NCBI GenBank assembly: GCA_964016885.1
Contig: OZ024753.1
Span: forward strand, 434,001 to 498,000
Origin: Eledone cirrhosa
Lineage: Eukaryota
Length of the DNA: 64,000 nucleotides
Reading direction: 5' to 3'
Shown: positions 27,701 to 41,000 of the stretch, in pieces
How positions within the stretch are numbered: position 1 is the first letter of the stretch
Layout: each line of letters begins with the position of its first letter
Notes under the pieces: generated by a model
Databases searched by the model: none
What the model was told of the DNA's origin: nothing
The model's input: only the letters and a program-made list of their open reading frames with translations
Translations under genes and position numbers: made by a program

Positions 27701-29901
27701 CAATTGATAGAGAGGAAGATATCGTAGGAGAGACGAAAAGCTATAGAGTTGACAGAGAAAGCAGACATGAGTGGGGAAGAAAGTACATTTGGAGGAGGAG
27801 GCAGCGTTATAAGACTAAAAGTGGCGTTGATAGAGAGGGTGAGAAGAATAATGAGAACTCAGTGAGAAATAGAGAAAAGCAAAGTTATTAGACAGTGGGT
27901 TAAGATGAGAGAGAGAGAAGAGATGGAATAAAGGAAGTGAGAGAGTAAAAATAAAGAGAGAAAGAGTGAAAAGAACGAACAGTGTAATGAAACGACCGTT
28001 CAATTTTTAGCCCCCTCCCCTCTCTCTGTTAGACTATCTTTTAAGTCTTTTCTTCATATTCTTCTCTCTATCTGTCTATCTCGCTCTCATTCGGTTCTTT
28101 CAATACTATGACAGTTTTACTTTCGGCTTCTAGGCTGCTGCTACTACTACTACTACTACTACTACTTGAGTCAAGGAGGGAGCATCACCAGGTCGTTAAA
28201 CTTGCTAGAAATAACAGTTAAACTACATTCAAATCACATGGTATCTTCTTGGAAAGAAAGACGTATTGGACGATGTAGTTAGTCCTTAATTTACTAAAAG
28301 CGAGTAGGTCTGTTCGTCCTGAGCTGATACAGAAACAGCTGCTCCTATATAGTCGCTCGACCTATTAGAAATAGCAGCTAAGTTATTTCCATTTACACTA
28401 TCATCTTCAACAAGCATTAGACTTCTTAGATATATATACAAAGAAGTCAGGGCCGAAAAGCCTTTCATTATAACTTTGTTCAAACGAAAGTGACCAGGGG
28501 CTAAACAAGCCCCCGCTCGTTTTCATTTATTTTTCTATCTATCTATCTGTCTATAAACATCCCTCCTCCTCTCCCTCAATTATTTGTCACTCATCCTATA
28601 CCTTTTCGACTACCTCTTCCTCTCGCTCTCTGGCTGTTTGTTTATTCTCTCTTTCAATTCGTCTGCTTCCCCGCCTCTGTCTCCTCAGTTTTATCACATC
28701 TCTCTCTCTGGTCTGTGCTTTCTACAACTCTCTCTCTACATATATATATATACATATAGTTGTCATTTCTCTCGGTTTTTTTTTAATTTTCTGTTACACT
28801 TCCTTCACCTCCTCTTTCATTCTAATAATTCTAACCAATTACCTCATCCATACATCCACAAATTGTGATATTGGCAAAACGACAGTTTAAATAACTTGAA
28901 GTCACTTTACGTTGCGAGTTCAAATCTAATCAACGTCGACTTTACCTTCCATCATTCCAGGATCGATATTATAAGTTCTACTCAAATACTGTGTATTTAA
29001 ACTTATTTTAGAAATTATTGTTATTATTATATTTTATTAATACATTTATGTTCTGGCACTTTGCTACAATCAATTTGGACGTCGTATTGCTTGGATCTCG
29101 AGTTTGGATTAATACTTTATGCAAAACTAAACGAAGCCAAAACAGCAACACCAAAACTAACAAACTACACACACGCACGTACACACAATTTTGAGAGAAA
29201 AAGAAAAAAAATATTTGAATTTGAACTATTACCAAAGAAATTTATATCTATTTATAGAGAGAGAGAGACTGTGAGCACTTGTTTTGTTTATTAGCTCACC
29301 TCACACCACTCAATTTATTCATTTGAAATTTGGTGCTTTACGAATTTAAGATTCTTAGACTGTACTGCCTTAGAGTAAGGCTTCCTTTTCTCTCCCTCTT
29401 TTCATATATATAAGTGTGTGTATGTATATAAAGGCCAAAGGAGAAATGGGATTGTTTAAATGTTACCCCCAAGTCACCAGTGTTTGTATAACGACAGACA
29501 AACGTATTAGTTACAGTTATTAATTTCAATATTAACATATACAAACATACATTTCTACCTATACATATATATATATACAATATTGGAGTATCTGGACATC
29601 TTAGCGGTCAAGATGAACAGTAACGCAGCTTGCGACCCGCTTTCTCCGCCAGCTACACCTCCAAACTCAGTAAGTACCTAGTTAATATTTATTGATACAA
29701 ACAGTGAGACAGGATTTGTATATTGTCATTATTTTTAAATACCTGATAGTCATTTATCTTGCAGGTATGTGTGATGGTTCGTCGTATTTGTGTCGTTGTA
29801 CATGTACGAGTCCGTCAGGAATGTATGTGTTTGTCTATGTATAAGTTTCTGTGTAAGTATCAATGTTCGCATCTTAATCCGAGCGTGTTTACATTTGTCA
29901 T

Positions 29902-29945
<44 letters not shown>

Positions 29946-29951
<6 letters not shown>

Positions 29952-30078
29952 GCGGTGCTGAGACCGAGGAGAGTACTAATCATGGGAGTACTCGATGCAT
30001 GGGGAGATGCAGAGTGGGTATAGAGCTATGTAAAATCTTGACCGCAGTGCCAAGCGGTTTCGGCTTTAGCCGAGACCT
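29946..30078 (-). mobile_element. Family B-related pLTR fragment with the 3' half of a hammerhead
   Basis: Minus strand: GGC-TAAA-GCC-GAAA-CCGC-ttggcact-GCGG-TC, then a TACCCACTCT..GAGTACT tail shared with family B; abuts (TA)n. Confidence 0.6.
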
Positions 30079-30207
30079 CTCTCTCTTTGTGTGTGTGTAT
30101 ATATATATATAATGCATGTGTGTGTATTTCGAGGCGCTTCTATTTGTTTATGCATGACATGTTTGGGATATCATTGACAATGGATCTCGTTCAAAAATAT
30201 TGTCAAT

Positions 30208-30370
30208 CACACACACACGTCCAAACCTACTAATATACCCTTCTCTATACACACAGATCCAACCCCTGCTAATATCCCCCTTCTCCATACACACAGGTCC
30301 AACCCCTACTAATGTTCCCCTTCTTCACACACACGTCTAACACTATTGATGTTCCTTCTCTCTACACACT
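30208..30370. repeat. Degenerate tandem repeat, ~40-bp unit (CACACA..TCCAACCCCTACTAATATCCCCTTCT)
   Basis: About four visible units. Confidence 0.7.
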
Positions 30371-33300
30371 CAGAGGAGGGTGACAACGATACTTAAACAT
30401 AGGCGGCGAAATGGCAGCGCCGTTAGAACGTTGAATGTAATGCTTTGCAATACTCGCTCCGACTCTCTGCTATCTGAGTTCGAATCCCAACAAGTTCAAC
30501 TTTGTCTTTCGTCCTTTTGAGGTTGATAGATGAAGTATCAGTTCAGCACAGTGGTTGTTTTTACCGCTGTATCTCTCTCTCTCTTGAAATTGGCTGTGCT
30601 CAGAGCTGAAGAGGGGAAGGTTTCAGCCAGGCTTAAAATGCTCAGGGGTCAAGGTGCTATATATATATATACATATAAACCATATAAAAATGGTTTTCCT
30701 TCTAAATCATGCTGTGCCGAGTTCTGAATTCTACGTTTTTGAACACGGAGATTTACGGTTCTGAAACAAAAAACCCACCCCAGAACCTTTTCAGTTTAAA
30801 TTATATTTCTAGTGACGAAAGACCAGGTAGAGACTTCTTGATAGATCGTGGAAAATGGCAAAAGGGTCTCATTAGAAATCAATTATGTGTTTATTCTAAA
30901 CATGAAATTATGATACTGCTAAAAAGTTTTTCAAAATTTCATTTTTTAATATATTTTTTGCTACACACGAACTAACAAGAGAGGCTCTTCCTTGTGCGCT
31001 CTGAACGGACCATAAATAGCAGCAAAAAAATGAAAAAGTTCCTGGGGTTGAATTATTTTTCTCTCCGAATCATAAACCTTCCCGTTTAAGATGTAGAATT
31101 CCGAAAAATATCGCCGAAAAAAACTTATGGCCATTTATGTTTGAAACTCCATCATATATATTCATGCACTATTAAAAATATACAGTCAATTAATCAATTA
31201 TATGGATACAGACACACAGCAGGTATCTATTACATATTATTACCGACAACGACCAAACAGACGGAGCAGCTTGTCTAATCGCTTGACCTACAAGAAAAAA
31301 AAAACGAAACAAGGCTATATATTCCTCAAATTACATGCCATTGTCAAAAAATAGGACATGTCGAAACCGACTGATCCGTATACGAGGAAGATGACGCGGT
31401 CTAACGATATATTAGAAATAGCAGCTAAATTTCTGTAAAAATATACCCAGCGTCTTACGTTGGATAATGTGGTTTTTAATGTAAATCGTGATACGAAATG
31501 ATCACGATTTGAAGTTTTGATTATGGGTCAACTGCATCGAGGAGGAAGGGAAGCATGCCAGCTTTATTGTCCGGTAGTATTGCTGATGGTTGTTACGTGG
31601 TGTTAGAGATAAGGAAGGATATTGTTGTGATTTAACTCTCATTCAGTAGACATTATGATAAAAACTGAGCCAGTCGCGACCATCCTGTTGTCTATTCAAA
31701 TATTCTATATTCCTTCCCTGTTCCATCAAATAATGGACAATCCTTGGGAGCTCTTAAACACTATATACTTGGGAATTTTCGCGAGAGAAATATAAAGCTG
31801 GTCTCCCGTTGACTTCCTACGGATGATTTTTTTTTTTTTTAAGGCAAGGCACCATCTTGTCGGGTATTATTACTTATTCTGATAGAATCTATCCCAGTGC
31901 CGACAATTCCGAAGCGAAGTTGAGCTCGGAAGAGGAGCCAAGTGGGAAGACATATCTCCAATTCGCCGCCTTCTAGTGTTTACCTATAATTTGAAGTATA
32001 TTTAATTGCTATTTCTAGTAAATCATATGACCCCGTGGTGACTACCTAGTTGACTCGTGCGTGAAGAATAAGGCGAAGAAATGTATTGACAGATGTTGTA
32101 TGCTGAGGGGTGTGGTGGTGGTTGTTTAACCCCAGGTCAATTTCAGCAGACCTATAACTATTTTTAAAAGTCTGTTTTGTTTTTCTTTCTTTTCTCATGT
32201 ATCATGTATTATCAATGCATCTAGCTTCAGAAATATTTTCTTAGTCGGTTTCGATCCACTGTATTATGCGTGAGAGTTTTTTTGTTTTTTTTTTTAATTT
32301 TATGATTCTGCTAAAAATAACATTTCGAAATTTCAATTTATTTTGACTTCCTGGATAGTCAAAACTTACGAATTCTTTGAATTACTTTTAACGATAAAAT
32401 TCAAATCGGGCAGACACAATTCATATATACTAACTGTAAATAGTCGAATAAGTCGAGTAAATTATCTTTTGTATGTCACTTAAATGTAGCGGTTATCGCA
32501 TCCGTCCGGCAGCTAAATGACTTGTTACAGTTATATTTTTTTCGAAATAGCAACTACATGCCCTTAAAATATTGAAAGATCCAACAGATGAAAATGAAAA
32601 AAATTAAGTCACACATGTTATTTTAAATTATATAAATTGTTCGTGTTCTTTTTTTTTTTTTTTTGTTAGTAAATCGTACCGACTGAGAAAAAAAACCTGA
32701 AACCAGATCCATCGCCAATGATTACTTATATTATCTAATGTAGTTTTTAGATATCATTTTAAAAGTTGTACCAAGGAGGGGTGATTTTTAGCAGGTCAAG
32801 CGACTAGGTCTGTTATCTCATGTGGTGGTGTTATGGGTGTGTATATGACGGCTGTGGCGTTTGTGTGGTACACTTTGTTGGTATTATTTAGCTCCAGATA
32901 AGGGCAGTGGATTGACTAATCGGTAGAGCGTCGGACAATATGCTTAGCGGCATAGAGTTGAGACTTTTTACGTTCTGAGTTCAAATCCCGCCGAGGTTAG
33001 CTTTATCTTTCATCCTTACGGGGGTCGATAAAATAAAGTACCAGTAACGCACTGCGGTCGATCTAATCGACTTTCCCTTCCCAAAAAATGTTGGTCTTGT
33101 CCCTAAATCAGAAATCATTATATAGCTTCAGGTAGGAGCTGATTCAGTAGACCTATGACGAAGAGTGTTCCAGGCATGACCATCCTCACATTTTCTCTAT
33201 CACATGGTCAATATCTCCCTTCGTTTTCAAAGCGGTGGGTGTGTAATTTGAGAAGAATTTGGCTTCTACTTCGTACAAGCTGTGAGACCAGTTGGCGGAT

Positions 33301-36300
33301 TTCTCACTGGATCATTATTTGGCTGGTGATTGTGGTGGTGGTGGACATCTTGGGATCTCGTGTGGTGGTTTTGGTAATGGCCATGGAGGGTCTTGCGATG
33401 ACTATGGTTTTAAGTACCCCTAATTGAGCAGACTTAATGATGAAACGCATTCCAGCCATGACATTCCCGTGGGTTTTTTTTATTGTGTGTGGGTGGATAT
33501 CTGAGACATTGTCGAATGTGTCCTTTCTTTACTAAAGAAATAAGGTGTAGTGTGAGTAATTTGGCTGCTATTTCTAACTCTCCAACTAACACACTTCGGT
33601 TTCGTATTAGTAGGGTAACTAATCCATTCCTCGGTTAGTTCGGATCGTGTTTTGTTTTTTTAGCGTCTTTTGGCAACATGCCCCCCCCCCCCCGCATAAC
33701 TATCTGTTTCAACTCACGATTTCACATAAAAAATCTTGCAAAAAAAAAAAAAAAATACATACACTGTGTGTGTGTGTGTGTGTGTGTGTGTGCACGTGCG
33801 CGCACATTTTAGAGGTCGATGTCCTAAACTGCAAGATTTCTGTGGAAAGTTGAAAACTGGATTGATACATAACTTATCTTTCTATCCAGACAAATGCAGA
33901 CCTCTTCGTATAGGAAGTCAGATCTCTAAGAAAAAGAGATATAAACTGTATCAGACTGTAATCCGAGAAAGTGAATAAATAAAAGAGATTTAGGGATGAA
34001 TAAATAAAAGAGATTTAGGGATTAATAAATAAAACAATGTCTTTACAAGTCTACGTACTTTCACTTTCTGAACAGAGGGACGTCTTGTGTGGTGAAATAG
34101 TTCGCTTTCCAACCGTGTACTTCCCAGTTCATTCCCACTGCATGGAACTTTATGCAAGTACCTTTCTACAATAGCTTCTAGTTGACCAATGCCTTATAGG
34201 GAACATTTGGTTGACGGAAACTGTGCAGAAGCCCGTGACCTAGTGATTCAAAATTAAATCGCTAAAATAAGTTCCAGACTTGGGAGGGAAAAAAAATATT
34301 GTACCAGCATAATTTTCCCTTTTTTAATTTTTATTGAAAGAATAATTTTGCAGATTTTGAATCTCTGATTTTTAAAAGACCATTAAAAAAAAATGGCATA
34401 ATTCTCTCCCATCATGTTATCCTTGGCAAAACAGATCTATGATCACTGTTACAGTTTACCTAGGTGTACATTATCGAATGTACTCTTCTTTTTTCCTTCT
34501 ATTATAATTTTTTGCACTTTTACGCAAGAAAATATCTGGGTCTTGGATTAATTCGCATGCATGCCTGCGGCGCTCACTTTTTGTCGACAATAGACGAACG
34601 AGCCATCGTCAGCAAAGATAGACAGATTTATAATTTTATTCGTATCTAGGATGGCTTAACCCTTTCATGACCGCATTTCTATTTTAATAAATTGATGAAG
34701 AATTTTGAGGGATTTACTAAGATTATTAGTTATTTCATTACTAAGATAGTAACTTAATGTAAGGTTCTTATATAAAATTGTTGGAAGATTTTACTTTAAA
34801 ATGGGTGGTTTTATTTCATAGAACCAAAGCCAGTTTTGGCTGGGTTATAACTAAAGGGAGGGAATAAATATATGCTAGCCAGTATCCGTCTTCTGTCCAT
34901 CACACAATTTAACTCCATAGTCGTCTGATTCTCGTGGAAGAGATCATATACGGGTGTGATTTAAAAAAAAAAAATTAGTTATTGCGACCATGTCAATAAA
35001 CGAGCATTATTAAAAAAGATAGTAGAAATCATTATTAACACCATACGAGTCCTGACTGAGCAAATCTATGATTAAAAAAAACCCATTCCAGTTATCTTTT
35101 TATGTTTATGTACGACTCGACGGTTAATTTGGCTGCTATTCTAGCAGCTCAAGCGACCACGTAGTCACTTGGTAGAGACGATGAGCATTGTGGTGGTGGT
35201 AGGTCTTAAGATAATAACAATGGTTGTGATGAGGTAACAATAAAAAGTTCAGTGTCGTTGCTTTATCATACAAGCACTCATTCTAAAAACATATATATTA
35301 CAAAAGCACTCATTATCTCACTGTTATATTGTTTTTGTTGATTTTTTTTCGGGCAAAGAGTGCTTCAGATTAGATTAGTCAATGTGACTTTTTACTACAG
35401 TATAGTATAATTTAATGAAGATTGTGCTGCTATTTCTAGCATGTTTAACGAACACATAGGATCTCGCTCGTTGTGACATTGTGTGGTGCAATGCTGTGTC
35501 GAGTATCTCGGATGTAAACATTGTCATTTTGTATAATGTCGCCTTTCACACAGTTTTACGTCGCTTGACAAACGATTTCCCTCAGGATGACACCTTGGTG
35601 CAGTGATCATTATTAGATATGCCATATCTTGACATTTAAATCCCAACCTAAATCGGTGCCCATACAAATTCCCACTGCTGCCCACGCTATAATCTACTTT
35701 ATTATTTTTTGTTTTTACTTCATACAAAAGATATATTTTAATTTACTGTTGAAATTTAATGGTGAAACTTTGAAAGTTCTGGTACACTTTGCACTACCAC
35801 TTGCGTTCTATTTTCCCTTCGTAACCTAGTTTTTAACATCAAGCTTCTGTGTGTGATGTCTGGATTATTAAAATGTGCTCATTTAACAATCGCAATATAA
35901 TCAATTCTACACACACACACATATATATATGAGTGTGTCTGTGTTTTCCAGAGAGGATTGGGCTCCGCCAGGCTGTATTTGCTCAAGATATTTTGCATAA
36001 ACAGCACCTCTACGGCCCGGAAGCGTCATGAGATAAGTGAAAACTTATAATGCAACCTACAATAGCATCTGAATTTTATCCAGCATAAACTGACAGAGCT
36101 AATTGGCTTTTGCTATTCTTTTATAAGATTTGGATGCCATATACAAATGAGCCAAGGACAACAATATGCAATTTAATGTCGGAAAATATCAAGCCCTCCG
36201 CTATCAACCTGCTAACACGAGTCCATTACAACAAAGTTACTCTGGACAAAAAGGGATTAAAATCTCTGTTAAAATCAGTGTTGGTTCAAGGAATTGGAGT

Positions 36301-37629
36301 GAGCAATGGTACTTCGTTTCATGTGCATGTCACCAAGATGATGGCTATGTGCAGATAACTGGCCGGGTGGATTCTGAAGTCTTTCAGGTCAAGAGACCAT
36401 TAAACTATAGTGGTCTTCTGGGAGACATTTATCCTCAGCCGTTTGGACTAATGGTCCCAGCTAGGGTCACCCCACAGTGTCAAATTAACTACAGAATTTG
36501 AAGCAATCCAACGAAACTACGCCAAAAACTTTGCCTGGACGAAAGAGATGAGCTACTGAAAGAATTAATACTTTACTTATTAGAGCGAAGACAGGAAAGA
36601 TATGCAATGATACACATATGGGAGATCATGGAAGGGCTAGCACCAAACTTTGGTATTGAGAGCTGGACCAACTGCATAGTACCACAAGTCCTATTCTCAA
36701 CAGTAAGGGCTAATAGTTTATGGTTCAGGCCCCCCTGTCAAAACACCTGTGAAATCTAAGATGGGGTGGATGTAAATATGTTTAAAGAAGCATCTCGACA
36801 TTCTACTATATGAGCTCATAGATGAATTTACAATACATATGTTTGGCATGTTTACAATCTATATCCTAAAACAATGAATATTTATTTACACATTTATGCA
36901 GTTTCGGTTACATTTATTCTGTATATGTACAGATATAACTTTATCATATTATATTACGTTCTGAGTTCAAATCCCGCCGAAGTTAACTTTGCCTTTCATC
37001 CTTACAGGATCGATAAAGTACCGGGAATGTACTGGGGTAATTGCTGGCCTTGTGCCAAAAGTAGAAATGATTATTATATATGCCAGCACACTCACCCGTG
37101 TGTGTGTGTGGTCCTCTTTACTGACATTAGTTTCAGTTAATCCACTATGCCCCGCCTATCTGATTGTCATTCTATATCCACAAATACAACACTCACTACA
37201 TATAGAAGAGGTTCCAGTTGTGACCATCATATCTGCTATTCACATACTATGAATAGATACTATATCTTGAGACCGTATATCATTCATTCAATGCGATGGG
37301 TTGGGATTCGTGAGTGATTTGGCTGCTATTTCTGGCATGTCCTATGACCACTTCGTGAGTCTGGAGTCGATCAAATTTCCAAGCGTATCACGGTATCTCG
37401 TTGGTAATGTTGGTGTTAATAGTAATAGTGATGTTGATAGGGATATTATTGATAATAGTGGTAGTGATAGTTTTTGGTTAGCTCGGGACCAATCAAGCAG
37501 AACTATATAATCAAAATCATTCCAGCTGTGACCATCCTGTTTTTTCTAACGTTGTTTTGTATGCAACACTCATTATCTGCTGCGTTTTAAGGGTGTGGTT
37601 TAAGGAATATTTGACTGCTTGGTTACGAT

Positions 37630-37776
37630 CGGATGGGGGCGGGACGGGAATGTTGATAGATAATGTTGGGGGCGGGGCGGGGCTGTTGATGACGTAAAGT
37701 TTAGAAATGAGGTCAGAGACGATCACTCAGTGACAGCGTGTTTGACTGAGTTAATAACACGTGATCAGGAAGTGAA
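37630..37776 (+). promoter_or_regulatory. Proximal promoter of the KLF gene
   Basis: GGGGCGGG at ~37636, GGGGCGGGGCGGGGC at ~37669-37683, TGACGTAA at 37690, CACGTG at 37758 and ETS-like CAGGAAGTG at 37766, all in a local GC-rich patch just before the ATG. Confidence 0.7.
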
Positions 37777-37812
37777 ATGTACCAGTTTGGGGATTCACCT
37801 GTTTTCATTGGT
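37777..37812 (+). CDS. KLF10/11-like factor, putative coding exon 1 (MYQFGDSPVFIG)
   Basis: ATG at 37777 directly after a GC-box/CRE/E-box cluster. Phase-0 donor GTTTGT at 37813 fits the phase-0 exon at 40402. The M-x-x-F-G-x-S start recalls the short N-terminus of vertebrate KLF10 (from memory). Confidence 0.55.
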
Positions 37813-37823
37813 GTTTGTGAATA

Positions 37824-39005
37824 TAGTGTTGCTGTATATGTATGTGTAGTGTTGCTGTGTGTGTAGTGTAGTGTTGCTGTGTGTGTATGTGTAGTGTTGC
37901 TGTGTGTGTAGTGTAGTGTTGCTGTGTGTGTATGTGTAGTGTTGCTGTGTGTGTATGTGTAGTGTTGCTGTGTGTGTATGTGTAGTGTTGCTGTGTGTGT
38001 AGTGTAGTGTTGCTGTGTGTGTATGTGTAGTGTTGCTGTGTGTGTAGTGTAGTGTTGCTCTGTGTGTAGTGTAGTGTTGCTGTGTGTGTGTATGTGTAGT
38101 GTTGCTGTGTGTGTATGTGTAGTGTTGCTGTGTGTGTAGTGTAGTGTTGCTGTGTGTGTAGTGTAGTGTTGCTGTGTGTGTATGTGTAGTGTTGCTGTGT
38201 GTGTATGTGTAGTGTTGCTGTGTGTGTATGTGTAGTGTTGCTGTGTGTGTATGTGTAGTGTTGCTGTGTGTGTATGTGTAGTGTTGCTGTGTGTGTATGT
38301 GTAGTGTTGCTGTGTGTGTATGTGTAGTGTTGCTGTGTGTGTAGTGTAGTGTTGCTCTGTGTGTAGTGTAGTGTTGCTGTGTGTGTGTATGTGTAGTGTT
38401 GCTGTGTGTGTATGTGTAGTGTTGCTGTGTGTGTAGTGTAGTGTTGCTGTGTGTGTATGTATAGTGTTGCTGTATATGTATGTGTAGTGTTGCTGTGTGT
38501 GTAGTGTAGTGTTGCTGTGTGTGTATGTGTAGTGTTGCTGTGTGTGTATGTGTAGTGTTGCTGTGTGTGTATGTGTAGTGTTGCTGTGTGTGTATGTATA
38601 GTGTTGCTGTATATGTATGTGTAGTGTTGCTGTGTGTGTAGTGTAGTGTTGCTCTGTGTGTAGTGTAGTGTTGCTGTGTGTGTGTATGTGTAGTGTTGCT
38701 GTGTGTGTATGTGTAGTGTTGCTGTGTGTGTATGTGTAGTGTTGCTGTGTGTGTATGTGTAGTGTTGCTGTGTGTGTATGTGTAGTGTTGCTGTGTGTGT
38801 ATGTGTAGTGTTGCTGTGTGCGTATGTGTAGTGTTGCTGTGTGTGTATGTGTAGTGTTGCTGTGTGTGTATGTGTAGTGTTGCTGTGTGTGTGTATGTGT
38901 AGTGTTGCTGTGTGTGTATGTGTAGTGTTGCTGTGTGTGTTATGTGTAGTGTTGCTGTGTGTGTTATGTGTAGTGTTGCTGTGTGTGTATGTGTAGTGTT
39001 GCTGT
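37824..39005. repeat. ~23-bp minisatellite (TAGTGTTGCTGTGTGTGTATGTG and variants), about 50 units
   Basis: Direct inspection; it produces the spurious 413-aa minus-strand ORF. Confidence 0.95.
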
Positions 39006-39890
39006 TAGTGGTTATGTTTTCATTTCGAATTTGCACCTCGCCTTTTCACTACTAGTACTACTATCACGATTACATATTACCCTCTTGGGACCCTTTATGT
39101 GGTCACTCGATCTGCAAAAAGTAGCAGTAAAACTTCACTCAAATCACATACTCTCATATTTGAGACCCAAGAGTATTGGAATATAGGGTGCTGCTGGCAA
39201 CAGCTGTTCGATTAAAGCTGCCTTGAGTTCTAACAATACCACAGTAGAGCTGTATGTGCAGAGACACACCATATGTTTATGTTGTGGTCATATTTTAAGC
39301 TCTGATCATAACGTGTCTGACATTATCACACGGTTACTAAGATTGCCTGTGGCATGATCAAATCTTAAAATATAACGAACGACACACAAAAAAACATTCA
39401 AGCTATAGACTATTCTTGTCCCAGTACTGAGAGTTAAATGTCACTGACGATGGATAACCACCCAGAAACATGTCTGACATTCTCACACGGCTCTTGAGAT
39501 AGCTGTAGATCATAGTAAAGTTTTACTTAGAATATTTTATCTTTATTATACATATGATGTGTTGTTTCCTTGAGCAAGACACTTTATTTCACATTGCTCC
39601 AGTTTACTCAGCTGTAGAAATGAGATGATAGGGACTGGGGTCCTTATCATTCCACTGCAAAGTGGTCGTGTAGGCGCCACGGCAAAAAAGCACCCAGCAC
39701 TCACTGTAAATGAGGTTGGTGTTAGGAAGGGCATCCAGCTGTAGAAATCAAGCCAGAATCAGTTCCCGTCCCACCCTTGCAAGCAGGGAAAAGCAGACGT
39801 AAAATGAAATAAAATGAAATGAAACATTGTATATATCTTCATATACTCCTCTATAAAGAACCATGCCATGTTAGTGCTACTATTTCTATA

Positions 39891-39968
39891 CAGGGTGTCC
39901 CCCAAAAATGTATACACACTTCAACAGCATTCTAATAAATATGTGTATACATTTTTGTGGATACCCTG
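39891..39968. mobile_element. 78-bp Tc1/mariner-type mini-MITE; copies at 21924-21999, partial at ~12454-12520 and ~47645-47710
   Basis: TA-CAGGGTGTCCCCCAAAAATGTATACAC...GTGTATACATTTTTGTGGATACCCTG. Confidence 0.75.
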
Positions 39969-40083
39969 GATATATGCTTGGTGATCTTGTGAATACACAA
40001 ACAAAATTCCAGTGTCATCATCATCATCATCATCAGGTTTAGCGTCCGTGTTCCACGCTTGCATAATAAGACTAACTTGGCCA

Positions 40084-40299
40084 TAACCTGTTAGCATTTA
40101 CATTACTCTATATATATATTATTGTATTTTCATAGTAAAGGCTTTATCTCACATAATATCGAATCTGTGATTTTGATATTATTTATTTTGAGAACAATAC
40201 CTTAACATCAGTATGAGTGGCAGGTTACAGCCAGTTTGAACAGAAAGAGGTGAAAGAATTCTGGCTGGATATGGGCCAGTTTAAATGCTAAAGGATTAA
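40084..40299. mobile_element. TTAA (piggyBac-type) MITE in KLF intron 1
   Basis: Degenerate CCCTTTAGCATTTA TIRs; opposite orientation to 42378-42591. Confidence 0.8.
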
Positions 40300-40401
40300 C
40301 AAAGAAAATATTAACCTCTACTATGGTATTGAGTACTCATTCTCACGCCTGTCAATACTAAGCATAAATATATATATATATTACCATTGTTCTCTTTGCA
40401 G

Positions 40402-40584
40402 GATTGTAATGAAACAGAGCGTGATGCTGCAGAGATGTTGCTCTCTCTTACTTCGAGAGACAACAGCAGATTTTTATACCACAACCCATCTAGTACTCCT
40501 CCGTATGCCAATGGCCCAGTCAGTAGTCCGGTTAGTGGCTCAAATGATGCTGTTTATGATCGTACTCCATCCAAACTGGCACGG
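40402..40584 (+). CDS. KLF10/11: KLF10/11-like factor exon 2 (Sin3-interaction domain)
   Basis: tctctttgcag acceptor, GTAAGG donor, phase 0/0. Encodes DCNETERDAAEMLLSL..., matching the SID/R1 helix of KLF9/10/11/13 and cabut. Confidence 0.88.
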
Positions 40585-41000
40585 GTAAGGAATCATTTTC
40601 TTTATCATTCTATGTGCTCTTTGTTTAGTCTGTGTGTAAACTGATGTTCTCATTATTCATTATGGTTATTCATTAGAGGTTAACTTTGCCTTTCATCCTT
40701 ATGGGGTCAATAAAATAAAATACCAGTAATACACTGGGCTAACTGCTGGCCTTGTGCCAAAAGTAGAAACAATTATTCATTATGTGTCTCTATGGACCTG
40801 TATTTTCTGATGAAATTTCAGAGTACTGTCATGACATTGATCTTGAGCAGTGTTATGTAATGTTATTCCCACTCTTCTGGAATGTGATATTTTAAATAAT
40901 AATTTTGTAAATTTATTATATATATCCCCCGACTACCTCCACAATCCACTTTTGTATGTCCCTAAATAATAAAAAACCTAAATCATTTTTATCTTTGCAG

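Noticed and set aside
37795-39036. 413-aa His/Thr-rich ORF
   Set aside because: It is the translation of a 23-bp minisatellite and lies antisense within the KLF intron.
40808-40825. CTGATGA in KLF intron 2
   Set aside because: No properly placed stem II, GAAA or stem I.
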